In this document: one piece after another, positions 46,271 to 54,962 of the stretch | Layout of the letters: the number at the start of each line of letters is the position of its first letter | Numbering within the stretch: position 1 is the stretch's first letter | Translations under genes and position numbers: made by a program | Notes under the pieces: model-generated | The model's input: only the letters and a program-made list of their open reading frames with translations | Told to the model about the DNA's origin: nothing | Database searches by the model: none | Virus record (IMG/VR): IMGVR_UViG_3300037137_001673 | Coordinates: 11,971 to 75,970 of that record | Reading direction: 5' to 3' (one strand) | DNA: 64,000 nt | DNA from: a virus

Positions 46271-46496
46271 GAAAAAATAAAAGGTGCATAAAATTTCACT
46301 GAGACAATTGAGTAATCAATTATCTATAGAAGCCCCTATCGTAAAAATGATAGGAAATGCACCTTTTTCAGATATGTTTTTAAAGAGGATACCGCCTCTA
46401 TTATATTTTATAAAAGGGCTGGCTCGCAACTGCTGAGCCAACTGGCTATTTATTAGGCCCCTGCGGTCTGCCAGCGTGCCGAGGTTCCACGCCCTA

Positions 46497-46570
46497 TGGA
46501 GATAAAGAGAATCGAACTCTTAACCTACAGACTGCCAGCCTGTTGCTCTGCCATATTGAGCTATATCCCC
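46497..46570 (-). tRNA. tRNA-Ala(GGC)
   Basis: G3:U70; ACAGG-CTGGCAG-TCTGT. Confidence 0.9.
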
Positions 46571-46580
46571 GTTATTAAAC

Positions 46581-46844
46581 TTATCCCGATGGACCTGACC
46601 CAGTAATCAACTCTTCTGATTTACATTTACTACATCTATAAACACAATAACTACCATTCAATTCTCCAGTGCTTTTCCATCTGTGTTTGCATTTTGAATT
46701 ATAGTTGTGCTTTTTATCAAAGAAATATTTTTTTGGAGATAAAAACATCATTGCTATTACTACTAACATTCCTAGAAACATTATCCCTAGAAACATTATC
46801 AATATCAAACTCAGAATTATTGTCAACATCATTGTTCCTTTCAT
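46581..46844 (-). CDS. membrane-anchored Zn-finger protein
   Basis: N-terminal TM helix, CKH.W...CSKC. Confidence 0.6.
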   Translation of the reverse strand: MKGTMMLTIILSLILIMFLGIMFLGMLVVIAMMFLSPKKYFFDKKHNYNSKCKHRWKSTGELNGSYCVYRCSKCKSEELITGSGPSG

Positions 46845-46857
46845 TCATTTTACCATA

Positions 46858-47118
46858 TTAGAAAATTCCCTGTTGAATGAAGTATCTAAACAATCTGCCA
46901 CGACTTTTAATCCATTCAATAGAAATTCCAATTGCTGATTTTAGTCCTTTAGGTTTGCCTATTTCTGTATCTTGGAAATCATAAGCAGCTGGACACATAT
47001 CGCAAGGTTTTTCATTAATTTCACCATACCCAGCATTGCAGCAATTGTTTTTACATTTCCAGCATACAACCATCCAAGTTTTACAAAGTAAACAGTATTC
47101 CCATTTGTATGGGTTCAC
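46858..47118 (-). CDS. Cys-rich hypothetical protein
   Basis: CLLC, CWKC, CCN, CDMC. Confidence 0.6.
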   Translation of the reverse strand: MNPYKWEYCLLCKTWMVVCWKCKNNCCNAGYGEINEKPCDMCPAAYDFQDTEIGKPKGLKSAIGISIEWIKSRGRLFRYFIQQGIF

Positions 47119-47510
47119 AGCAGTTTCAATTCTCCTGTTATTGCATCTATTTTTTCTTCTTCATCTGGACCTATTGCTATACAAGTATTTGTAGGCATTC
47201 CATGAAATTCTGTAAGCCCGTTATCTTTAATAAGAGCATTAGGAATTTTTGCTTCAAAAGCTTTTTTCTGTATTTCTAGAAGTTCTTCTTCGCTATTAAC
47301 ACCAACTACAATTTTAGTAAAAGAACCATCTCCATAATTCATCCATTTAATCATGGGTTCAGGTATATTAAATATTTCAAATCTGTCATGGTCAGTCCAT
47401 TCTGCCATATCGAAAAACACTTTCATTGAGGCATGAGCTACCTGTGCGGCAAGTTTTCCTTTCCGCATATTTAAATCTTTACGAACTACTATTACTTGTT
47501 TTACGCTCAT
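47115..47510 (-). CDS. pth2: peptidyl-tRNA hydrolase, Pth2 type
   Basis: KQVIVVRKDLNMRKGKLAAQVAHAS, KIVV, IKDNGLTEF, TCIAIGP, ITGELKLL. Confidence 0.95.
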   Translation of the reverse strand: MSVKQVIVVRKDLNMRKGKLAAQVAHASMKVFFDMAEWTDHDRFEIFNIPEPMIKWMNYGDGSFTKIVVGVNSEEELLEIQKKAFEAKIPNALIKDNGLTEFHGMPTNTCIAIGPDEEEKIDAITGELKLL

Positions 47511-47628
47511 GTTTTTCTAAAAATTACCATTAAAGCTTCAGCTGTTATATTAAGCCCTCTACTAGCTATATATTTTCCAAGTTTTGAATTAAATAAATAA
47601 ACTATATTTTTAATTTTGTTATTTATAG

Positions 47629-47701
47629 AGGGATAGATAGGAATCGAACCTACAAAATGATGGGTTGCAATCATCCGCCTTTGCCATTCAGCCACTATCC
47701 C
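47629..47701 (-). tRNA. tRNA-Cys(GCA)
   Basis: Loop TTGCAAC, U73. Confidence 0.85.
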
Positions 47702-47703
47702 AT

Positions 47704-47778
47704 TGGACCTTGCGTGATTTGAACACGCCTGAATTTCTCGGTGCAAGCGAGACGACCACCCTAGCAGTCCCAAAGCCC
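47704..47778 (-). tRNA. tRNA-Ala(TGC)
   Basis: TCTCG-CTTGCAC-CGAGA; G3:U70. Confidence 0.85.
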
Positions 47779-47782
47779 TATT

Positions 47783-47860
47783 CTCCGGCGGCTGGACTCG
47801 GACCAGCGACCCTTTGTTTAACAGACAAACGCTTTTATCTACCATCTGAGCTACGCCGGA
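47783..47860 (-). tRNA. tRNA-Asn(GTT)
   Basis: TTTGT-CTGTTAA-ACAAA; enlarged D loop. Confidence 0.85.
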
Positions 47861-47871
47861 AAGTTTTCAAT

Positions 47872-47952
47872 AGCTAATAGTAGGATTTGAACCCACGGTG
47901 TTTGTATTCTTGCTTACAAAGCAAGCCCATTCGACCACTCTGGCATATTAGC
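47872..47952 (-). tRNA. tRNA-Thr(TGT), long variable region
   Basis: CTTGC-TTTGTAA-GCAAG. Confidence 0.8.
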
Positions 47953-47957
47953 AATAG

Positions 47958-48028
47958 AGCGACATGTCAGACTTAAACTGACCTCTCTAGCTTGGAAGGC
48001 TAGGGCACAATCTCTATACCAATGTCGC
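47958..48028 (-). tRNA. tRNA-Gly(TCC)
   Basis: CTAGC-CTTCCAA-GCTAG. Confidence 0.85.
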
Positions 48029-48031
48029 ATA

Positions 48032-48104
48032 CGGAGTTGATGGGTGACACTCCCACTATTTCAAGATTGACAATCTTGCGGCTCTGTTGACTGCCTCCAA
48101 CTCC
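48032..48104 (-). tRNA. tRNA-Asp(GTC), atypical D and T loops
   Basis: CAAGA-TTGTCAA-TCTTG; T loop AGTGTCA. Confidence 0.75.
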
Positions 48105-48295
48105 AAACTTATTTCTTCTTAAATATGCCTTTGATTTTATTCCATAGCCATGCTGCTGCATCAGCAATTGCTTTCATAACTACATCACCAGCATACTTAC
48201 CAACGAAAAATGCTATAACTACTAATGCTAACCAAATCAACCACATATATTGCCTCTTTTATTTATCTTAACATTTAATTTAATTTTTGTCAAGC

Positions 48296-48634
48296 TTACA
48301 TGTGCCAGCTTAAAACCTTTTCTCCATAATCAGCTGGACTTCCTGCTAGCAAATCAAGCAATTCTTTTCTTGAACCGCCAACATTAGTTAGCAAGCAAAA
48401 TAGGATTGTAGAAAAAATAAGACAGGCCATAAATGTAGGCAAGAACACAATTATTGATTCTGATTTTTTCATAACCAAAATACAAATAATTATGAGAGAA
48501 ACAAAATAAATAATTTCTAGTAAAAAACTATGAGTTGCCCCACCAATAAATACTCCACCAATATATCCAATAATGGCTGGAACAAGCAATCCTATTAGAA
48601 GAACGCCTACTGCTTTCCCTAAAAAATTATCCAT
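48296..48634 (-). CDS. multi-pass membrane protein
   Basis: Three hydrophobic segments; start moved to MDNFLG behind the AAGGA SD. Confidence 0.65.
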   Translation of the reverse strand: MDNFLGKAVGVLLIGLLVPAIIGYIGGVFIGGATHSFLLEIIYFVSLIIICILVMKKSESIIVFLPTFMACLIFSTILFCLLTNVGGSRKELLDLLAGSPADYGEKVLSWHM

Positions 48635-48645
48635 TTTTCCTTTCC

Positions 48646-48996
48646 TTAGTCCCACAAATAAAACATGTATTTTACACAAAGCTTTTCTGCTTTTCGCATT
48701 CTTTCTTTGTTTTCATCCATTTCTTTCCAGTCATCCCTAATGAGTAGTTTCACAAACCACAGCATTTCCTTAAGAACATCAGTGTAAGCTTTGTCCCCAT
48801 TGACATCTCCCAGTTTTTCAAACTCACTAGGAAATCCATAGTGATTATGGATTAGGTGAGTAAGTCTAGGAACAATCCATTTACACATTGCTATACCAAA
48901 ATCCCATACTTCATCATTAGAATAACCACGAGTTATTTTTTGATAGAGTAGTTTAATTTTATAAGTAATGCTTTTACCAAAATATCCAATACGCAT
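48646..48996 (-). CDS. hypothetical phage protein
   Basis: RGYS..EVWD...IVPRL...GFP...LWD pattern. Confidence 0.7.
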   Translation of the reverse strand: MRIGYFGKSITYKIKLLYQKITRGYSNDEVWDFGIAMCKWIVPRLTHLIHNHYGFPSEFEKLGDVNGDKAYTDVLKEMLWFVKLLIRDDWKEMDENKERMRKAEKLCVKYMFYLWD

Positions 48997-49013
48997 ATTT
49001 TTTTCCTTTTTAC

Positions 49014-49103
49014 CGGAAAGTAAGAGATTTGAACTCTTGAACCTTGTTTAAGGGTTGCGGCGTTAGCGGTGCCGTGGTTTTAGCCAGACTCACCCAACTT
49101 TCC
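49014..49103 (-). tRNA. tRNA-Ser(GCT), C33
   Basis: Loop CCGCTAA, long variable arm, G73. Confidence 0.8.
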
Positions 49104-49107
49104 TAAT

Positions 49108-49284
49108 TTAAATTTCCTTTAATTTCTGTATTTCAGTTTTTTCTTCTTTGCTGATTTCTTCGATGAGTATTTCATTAACGAGTTCATTAAAGGTAATGTC
49201 TCGTCTGTGTGCTTCTCTTGCTAGAAAGAGAAATTCTTCATCGCTTATTTCAACCTCTACATTAACCATTTTTTCCTCGTTCAT
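49108..49284 (-). CDS. small ribbon-helix-helix-like protein
   Basis: Read by hand: MNEEKMVNVEVEISDEEFLFLAREAHRRDITFNELVNEIL; SD AGGAG. Confidence 0.6.
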   Translation of the reverse strand: MNEEKMVNVEVEISDEEFLFLAREAHRRDITFNELVNEILIEEISKEEKTEIQKLKEI

Positions 49285-49408
49285 TTATTGCTCCTTCTTG
49301 AAGTATATAATTTGTCCAGAACCATCCTTTAATAAAACTATAATAATAAGTCTTTTTTTCAATTATTAAAAAGTTAAACATCTTGGATAAATAAATAACT
49401 TTATCCAT

Positions 49409-49600
49409 TTATTTAGTATCTCCAGTTGTTACTTCTATATTTAATATATCTATATTTACAACTATGTAAGAACTATCGCCAGCTTTTACCTTTGCTAAAG
49501 TCATCTTATCTTGTAAATTCCAAACTTCTTCAATAGTTCCATTGAAATTTATATAAGATACTTTTTTATTTACTAATTTTTCTGCTTCTTCTAATTTCAT
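49409..49600 (-). CDS. hypothetical SH3-like protein
   Basis: 63 aa. Confidence 0.55.
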   Translation of the reverse strand: MKLEEAEKLVNKKVSYINFNGTIEEVWNLQDKMTLAKVKAGDSSYIVVNIDILNIEVTTGDTK

Positions 49601-49869
49601 TTATTTATTTTTCTTCTCAAGAGAGGAAAGTAATTCATCAACTTCGGAAGCTAGATAAACTTCTGTATGTCTCTCGTTATGGAAAGCATGGGCAATAATC
49701 ATTGCTGGAGTCATGTCTTTGTAGGCTTCTACTAAACAAGTATCTGCCCAATATAACTTCAATTTATTCATTTCCTAACTCCTAAAATAATTATATCACA
49801 AATTTTGATTTTTGTAAATAACTATTCACGAAAACCGCCCTTCTGCCACATATATCTTAGACAAAAAAA

Positions 49870-50180
49870 TGGGCACCAGGCTTGCCTACAAGAGCTTACC
49901 CAGCACCCATACGGAACTTTCCCCGTAGTCATTGTGTCTTTTCCACAACGTCAGTGTAAAAGGTCTGGAAGGTAATTTATTTTTAAGTGTAAATTTCCAC
50001 TACCACGAAACCACTCCCCGTATCTTTTTCGAGGCGTCACTTCCATTTACGATGATGGTTGCCTAACGGATACTTTATCAGTCACCTAGTCTTCCCTAGG
50101 AGCCATACACATAAACCTTTTCGCTGGCGATCAACCCAGCAGTTTTTATTGCTTCGTTCCATATTTAATGATAGGGGAGG
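49870..50180 (-). ncRNA. putative structured RNA, family copy B
   Basis: Shares ordered motifs with 37170-37420; ends in a GGGTGC/GTGCCC hairpin plus T run. Confidence 0.55.
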
Positions 50181-50187
50181 CAATAAG

Positions 50188-50242
50188 ATCGCAATTGGTG
50201 CGAAGCATCCGCATACGCAGGTGACATTCGACAAAAGCGAAC
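50188..50242 (-). ncRNA. candidate minimal HDV-like (theta) ribozyme
   Basis: Begins with G at the first base after the tRNA discriminator; P1 GTTCGC/GCGGAT with G:U, P3 ATG/TAT, J4/2 CCAA; P2 imperfect. Confidence 0.5.
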
Positions 50243-50314
50243 TGGTAGGGTCCAGAGTCGAACTGGAATCATTCACCTTATGAGAGTGACAATCTACCAT
50301 TAATATACCCTACT
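50243..50314 (-). tRNA. tRNA-Met(CAT), A1xC72 mismatch
   Basis: TCACT-CTCATAA-GGTGA. Confidence 0.85.
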
Positions 50315-50449
50315 ACGAAAATGCGAAGAGAAACGACCGTATCAAGAGAGCATCGAACGAAGTAACCGCATCAATTACAGCGCCTAGCTCTTGGTGGATT
50401 CTCAATTAATGAACGCCTTACGGCAGGTCATTCTAAAAAAGAGAGAGAA

Positions 50450-50950
50450 AAAAATGGGTAGGATTAACATTTACCTACAAAGTAGATTCACTTTCAGATT
50501 ATTCAGCCACTACACCCACTCCTCCGTCGAGAAGGGGCTTGTATGTAGGAAGGATTGAGTACCTTCAAGTCAGGCAGTGAGTAGTGCCATTATAATGGCT
50601 CAGGGATTTCTGCCCTTCTCCTTACTAGTTGTGCGAACCCCAAGGGTTGTACGACCCCCAACTAGCTTTCGTGCTTTATCTGCGCAGCGAACTTCTAGCT
50701 CTCACCAGTTCTTCACTGACAAGACGCCTTATCCACCTCAATGGATTGTTCGGCAACCAAATTTTTCTCTCAAATTTAAAAGAACTATACAACTATTGCC
50801 CTTTAGACAATAGAAGATCTGTTCCCACACATGGTGGGTCAGGTTTTAATCGTTCTGACTTTCGCACAGAACTGGGCGACTGCGTCTCTACCGCAATTTT
50901 AACCTTAAAGTAGTTTCACCACCATCTAGGCTGTCCACTACTAAAATTAC
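50450..50950 (-). ncRNA. putative large structured RNA region
   Basis: No credible ORF, GC-richer, many hairpins, boxA-like GTTCTTTTAAA at ~50775-50785, upstream promoter at ~51045-51074. Confidence 0.5.
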
Positions 50951-51070
50951 AAAATAAAGGAACAAGGATTTGAAAGACGAGATGCCCGAAGGCGATAACA
51001 TTTACAGTGTTGATAACGCCTTTTCATTCAGTTCCTTATATTATTATCTTATCACAATGATTGAAAATTG

Positions 51071-51442
51071 TCAATCATCTTCTGTTTCAATTTCCTGTGT
51101 GGCAAGATATGAAGTTGTATTTGACAAATAGGATTGCGACCAACCCCATTGATCTTCAACATAATTTATAGCATCTTGCTCGGAAAGCTTTATTTCTTTT
51201 CTTGTGTCTATTGTTACAAAACGAATTGCTCTATCGTAATCATTTACATGTTCTTCTGGAACTGGCAGAGTAAAAAATACTCTCAACTTTTTTCCAGAAG
51301 AAATATTGTCAATGTTCTGCTTTAAAACTTCTATTGCTTTTTGTTTATAAAGAGCAACCGCTTTTACAAACTTTTCATGATGTTCGTCTCTATTTTTTAC
51401 TAGTATAGAAATAAGCACATTCTTTTCTATCATTAAATCCAT
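51071..51442 (-). CDS. hypothetical phage protein
   Basis: NRDEH...P.EH..DYDRAI...YVEDQWGW; SD AAGGAG. Confidence 0.75.
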   Translation of the reverse strand: MDLMIEKNVLISILVKNRDEHHEKFVKAVALYKQKAIEVLKQNIDNISSGKKLRVFFTLPVPEEHVNDYDRAIRFVTIDTRKEIKLSEQDAINYVEDQWGWSQSYLSNTTSYLATQEIETEDD

Positions 51443-51454
51443 ACATTCTCCTTA

Positions 51455-51530
51455 TAGGGCTTATCAGATTTGAACTGATGATTTTAAGATTGAAAATCTT
51501 ACGTCCTAGACCAAGCTAGACGAAAGCCCC
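51455..51530 (-). tRNA. tRNA-Glu(TTC)
   Basis: TAAGA-TTTTCAA-TCTTA. Confidence 0.9.
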
Positions 51531-51684
51531 ATGTTCGATATAAATAGATTGGATGACATATTGCCAGTCGACGGGCAGTTAGTCAGTTGCCCAATCACCT
51601 TCTGTGGAATAGTCCCGTTAAGCCATATAGACCTTGACTATCAGGTATTAGAACTATCGTCCTAATTTTAGCCGTCGCACATAT

Positions 51685-51786
51685 ACGTTCTTAAGGAATC
51701 GAACCGAAATTTCCTAGCTGAGTGGCTAGGCGTCCTGAAATTTCCAGACGAATGTCCTTTGATTTACTCCATTAGACGAAGAACGC
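51685..51786 (-). ncRNA. tRNA-like RNA with duplicated D arm
   Basis: GCGTTCT/AGAACGT acceptor, TTCGATT loop, two GTC..GAC arms, non-7-nt anticodon loop. Confidence 0.6.
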
Positions 51787-51790
51787 TCGA

Positions 51791-51905
51791 TGGAAACGGT
51801 AGGGGTTGAACCTACATTTACTCAGTGGATACTGTCGCTCACACTTTTCTTTACTGCCCTGAATTCTTGTTTTAGATCTAAACTTAATTCATTTCAGTCG
51901 TTTCC
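51791..51905 (-). ncRNA. tRNA-like RNA (acceptor plus T arm, replaced core)
   Basis: GGAAACG/CGTTTCC-A, GTAGG-TTCAACC-CCTAC. Confidence 0.6.
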
Positions 51906-52141
51906 GTTAAAAGAGAGAATACTTATAGGGGCTTAACCTATCATACATCTACTTTAATAGCTACAGAAAAGTAGGTATTCTCTCTTTACTTTTTATTATA
52001 TCACAATTTTTGTTTTTCGTCAAATTAAAAACACTGCCGACAATCACCCAAAAGTTAATTTAGTGGAGGTTTGACCGCCGACCTAAGATTATTGGGACAC
52101 GGGATGAGACTCCATTAACGATTAAACGACTGGCAGCAGTT

Positions 52142-52360
52142 TTATTTTATTACTACCTTTACTTCTGGATGCTGTGCTTCATATTCATGAGCTAGGCGTT
52201 CTCCATGTTCTTCTGTATTTGCCCTAGCTACATCAAAACCCATTCCATGGTTTAAGCCATTACACGGGCACGAACAATCTTCTCCTTTTGCGTTATAGCA
52301 ACGAGCATCACAGCGTCCTATCATTTTCTTATCTGTATTATAGATTGCTATTAAAGTCAT
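52142..52360 (-). CDS. Cys/His-rich metal-binding protein
   Basis: RCDARCYNAKGEDCSCPCNGLNHG. Confidence 0.7.
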   Translation of the reverse strand: MTLIAIYNTDKKMIGRCDARCYNAKGEDCSCPCNGLNHGMGFDVARANTEEHGERLAHEYEAQHPEVKVVIK

Positions 52361-52536
52361 TTCTTTTTCCTTATAACACTATTATAAAACATTTTTTGAT
52401 TTTTGTAAATTATTCTTTTCTTATATTTCTGTAGTTTAATGAATCCATTTTATATTTACATTTAGGGCAAACATAAATCATTTTTGGAGTTTCTTTCATC
52501 AAAGTTCCACAAATAGGGCAAATAACATCTTTCATT

Positions 52537-53235
52537 TTATTCCTCCAGCTTTACATATGTCTCATAGATACAACTAAATTCTTTTGGTAGTTCAAAAGGT
52601 AAAGTATCAAAGTGATAATGAGCGAAATACCAGTGTTTGAATTCAGTATTATTCTTTATCTCTTCTAAATAATTTGGTAAATCATAACCTGAATTTTTTA
52701 GAGAACCATGAGATTTTTTTCTTAACATAGCATCCACTATTGAAAATGGACCTTCATGTGTAAGAATATAATCTACTTTCTTTCCAGCTTTTTCCAGATT
52801 ATCCAAACCATTTTTGTATTCTTTGAAATTAGGAAGTTCTTGTTCCCACCAACTAATATGAGAAACTCTAAACATTTTATCAATAGAAATTCCACCACCA
52901 AAGACAAAAAACTTTTTATCTTCGATAGTATAAATATTCCCACGACGAAGATGAAAAACATTATCAGTTACTACACCAACTTCATCGCCATATTTTTCAA
53001 TGGTTCCAAGTCTGTCAATGCGGTCAAAGTTTTCATGATTTCCATCTAGCCAGAGAATATTATGTCCTTTATTTTTAGCAATTTCTAATTGCTTTTTTTC
53101 ATTTTCTTCATAAGTTTTTTGCTGGTTCCAAAGCACACCAAAATCTCCAAGAATGATAATTACATCACCTTTCTTGGAGGGAATTTTATTGAGTCCTTCT
53201 AGTCGTCCGTGACAATCGCCAATTAAGAATACCAT
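52537..53235 (-). CDS. calcineurin-like metallophosphoesterase
   Basis: GDCHG, LGDFG, DGNHE, THEGP, AHYH. Confidence 0.9.
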   Translation of the reverse strand: MVFLIGDCHGRLEGLNKIPSKKGDVIIILGDFGVLWNQQKTYEENEKKQLEIAKNKGHNILWLDGNHENFDRIDRLGTIEKYGDEVGVVTDNVFHLRRGNIYTIEDKKFFVFGGGISIDKMFRVSHISWWEQELPNFKEYKNGLDNLEKAGKKVDYILTHEGPFSIVDAMLRKKSHGSLKNSGYDLPNYLEEIKNNTEFKHWYFAHYHFDTLPFELPKEFSCIYETYVKLEE

Positions 53236-53345
53236 ATAATGATTATATCACAATTTTCAATTTTTGTAAATAACTATTCACAAAAACCGCCCTTCAGCCA
53301 CACAGATTTTAGACATAAAAAAAGTGTCCTTCCGGACACTTGTTC

Positions 53346-53825
53346 TTACTTAGGAACATTACCTATAGAACTATGTAACTGTAAAGTGATTTTATCTATA
53401 GCACCTTCTCCCCAAAGAGATGTTACCCTGTAAGAGTACTGATATATATTTTGTGGATGAGTACATTCATGTTGATATATAATTTTGAAGATTCCAAATT
53501 GAATTCCTGTCTCAATTATATAATTTGTAAAAGTAGGATTCCAACTGGCAATACTTCCCTGCCAAGGTTCAATTTGAGTAGTAATGGAAGCGCCTAGAAA
53601 AACGTGCTCAAAAAACCAAACATCAAAACCTAGAAGTGTATAAAATGATTTCATAGGTTTCGAAGGGTAATCTAATTTTACGTTGTAAGTATTTACAGAA
53701 GTCCATCCACCAAACTGCGAACTGGCCCATCCTACATCAACGTAGTAGTCAAGTCCAATCCAGTCTTGTGCCGTTGCTGTAAAAGCAATAAGCGAAAATG
53801 CCAATACCAAAAAAATCTTTTTCAA
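53346..53825 (-). CDS. exported beta-strand-rich protein, possible small outer-membrane barrel
   Basis: Signal peptide ending ATA-Q, amphipathic aromatic strands, HECTHP. Confidence 0.55.
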   Translation of the reverse strand: MKKIFLVLAFSLIAFTATAQDWIGLDYYVDVGWASSQFGGWTSVNTYNVKLDYPSKPMKSFYTLLGFDVWFFEHVFLGASITTQIEPWQGSIASWNPTFTNYIIETGIQFGIFKIIYQHECTHPQNIYQYSYRVTSLWGEGAIDKITLQLHSSIGNVPK

Positions 53826-53826
53826 G

Positions 53827-54096
53827 TTATTCTCCTATTTCTAGAGTTGTGAATTGGAAATCATAACCAATGCTGAGACAATCCCAAGTCTTATGATTTT
53901 TCTCATTAATATAAGGTTCCCAACCATCATCGGAGTTTTTTGCTTTCCTTTTCTTGGCATCTTTTTTCATCCACTCAAAAGCACCTTCATAGGTTTTAAA
54001 CCACTTAATGTCAATCGTGGTAGTATATTCACTTCCCATTGGGCCACCCAAATGAGATAAATCCTCAACTTCAACTTTCCAAAGTTTCTCTTTCAT
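53827..54096 (-). CDS. hypothetical protein
   Basis: 89 aa with promoter and SD. Confidence 0.65.
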   Translation of the reverse strand: MKEKLWKVEVEDLSHLGGPMGSEYTTTIDIKWFKTYEGAFEWMKKDAKKRKAKNSDDGWEPYINEKNHKTWDCLSIGYDFQFTTLEIGE

Positions 54097-54170
54097 AAAG
54101 TTTTCTCCCTTGTATATATTATATCACATATATCGTTTTTTGTAAAGCAAAAAAATAAGGCATTTCTGCC

Positions 54171-54401
54171 TTACTTCATACGAGCTTTGTATTTTTTTCC
54201 GTAAAACTTTCCCCAGTTTTCCCAATCTCCCTTTTTGTAAAAAAGGCACTTGAAATCAGAAATGTCATAAGATTCAAAAATCTTTTTGTAGGATTTTCCA
54301 TTGGGAAGTTCAGGAGTTCTGCGAACTTTCTTATTCGCAAGTTTCTTGAAGTAAGGATTTCTGTCACAAAATCCAATAGCGTGTTTGAAACTATGAGACA
54401 T
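54171..54401 (-). CDS. small basic phage protein
   Basis: MSHSFK...KKLANKKVRR...NGKSYKK...YDI.D. Confidence 0.7.
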   Translation of the reverse strand: MSHSFKHAIGFCDRNPYFKKLANKKVRRTPELPNGKSYKKIFESYDISDFKCLFYKKGDWENWGKFYGKKYKARMK

Positions 54402-54416
54402 GTTTAAGCTCCTTTA

Positions 54417-54492
54417 TAGTCCTTATCAGATTTGAACTGATGATTTCAAGTTTGAGAAACTTGCGTCCTAGACCAAACTAAACGAAAGGACT
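54417..54492 (-). tRNA. tRNA-Glu(CTC)
   Basis: CAAGT-TTCTCAA-ACTTG; body similar to 51455. Confidence 0.9.
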
Positions 54493-54681
54493 AAAATTGG
54501 TGGGTTTCGTACCACCCGAGTTTCCAACGAACCTTCTCTTACGCCACCGATGCTATTAATAGTGCCGCCTACAAAGTCAGCCTTCGGTAGAAGAGTTTCA
54601 TTTGTAGTGATTCAGTCAGGCGTAATTATTAATTTAGGGAATACGAAATCAGTTGGCTGAAAAACCAATCCGTTACCCTTT

Positions 54682-54867
54682 TTATTTTTCTTTTAAAGGA
54701 CAACAATCAGGAAAGATTACTTCTTTATTTTTTTGCTTCATCCAGATGAAAGATTTTAATTTCGTGCAGTAATCATCAACGTCACCATGAGAATTCGCAG
54801 GACAAGAAAAGCAATCCTTTACTTCATGAACTAGCGTTAATTGACGCGCTTTGAAATTTAGCGCCAT
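54682..54867 (-). CDS. small Cys-rich protein
   Basis: Start moved to MALNFK behind AAGGAG; CFSCP...C...FPDCCPL. Confidence 0.65.
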   Translation of the reverse strand: MALNFKARQLTLVHEVKDCFSCPANSHGDVDDYCTKLKSFIWMKQKNKEVIFPDCCPLKEK

Positions 54868-54889
54868 TTGAAGCTCCTTTCTTTTTTTG

Positions 54890-54962
54890 TGGAGATGATA
54901 GGAATTGAACCTACACCATTTTGCTTGCGAAGCAAATGCTCTACCAATCGAGCTACATCCCC
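54890..54962 (-). tRNA. tRNA-Ala(CGC)
   Basis: TTTGC-TTCGCAA-GCAAA; G3:U70. Confidence 0.9.

Noticed and set aside
46278-46367. Hammerhead ribozyme
   Set aside because: Three-way junction with GAAA but no CTGANGA core
47507-47877. ORFs 47507-47845(-) and 47665-47877(+)
   Set aside because: They run across tRNA-Cys, -Ala and -Asn; shadow frames
50059-50913. ORFs 50059, 50082, 50577 and 50629
   Set aside because: They overlap tRNA-Met or structured RNA and have no SD or protein-like features
49870-50950. RNase P RNA
   Set aside because: GGGGAAAGTTCC resembles GAGGAAAGTCC, but the complementary 3' P4 strand was not found
51791-51905. tmRNA
   Set aside because: Only ~115 nt, no G3:U70 pair and no tag reading frame; kept as a tRNA-like RNA
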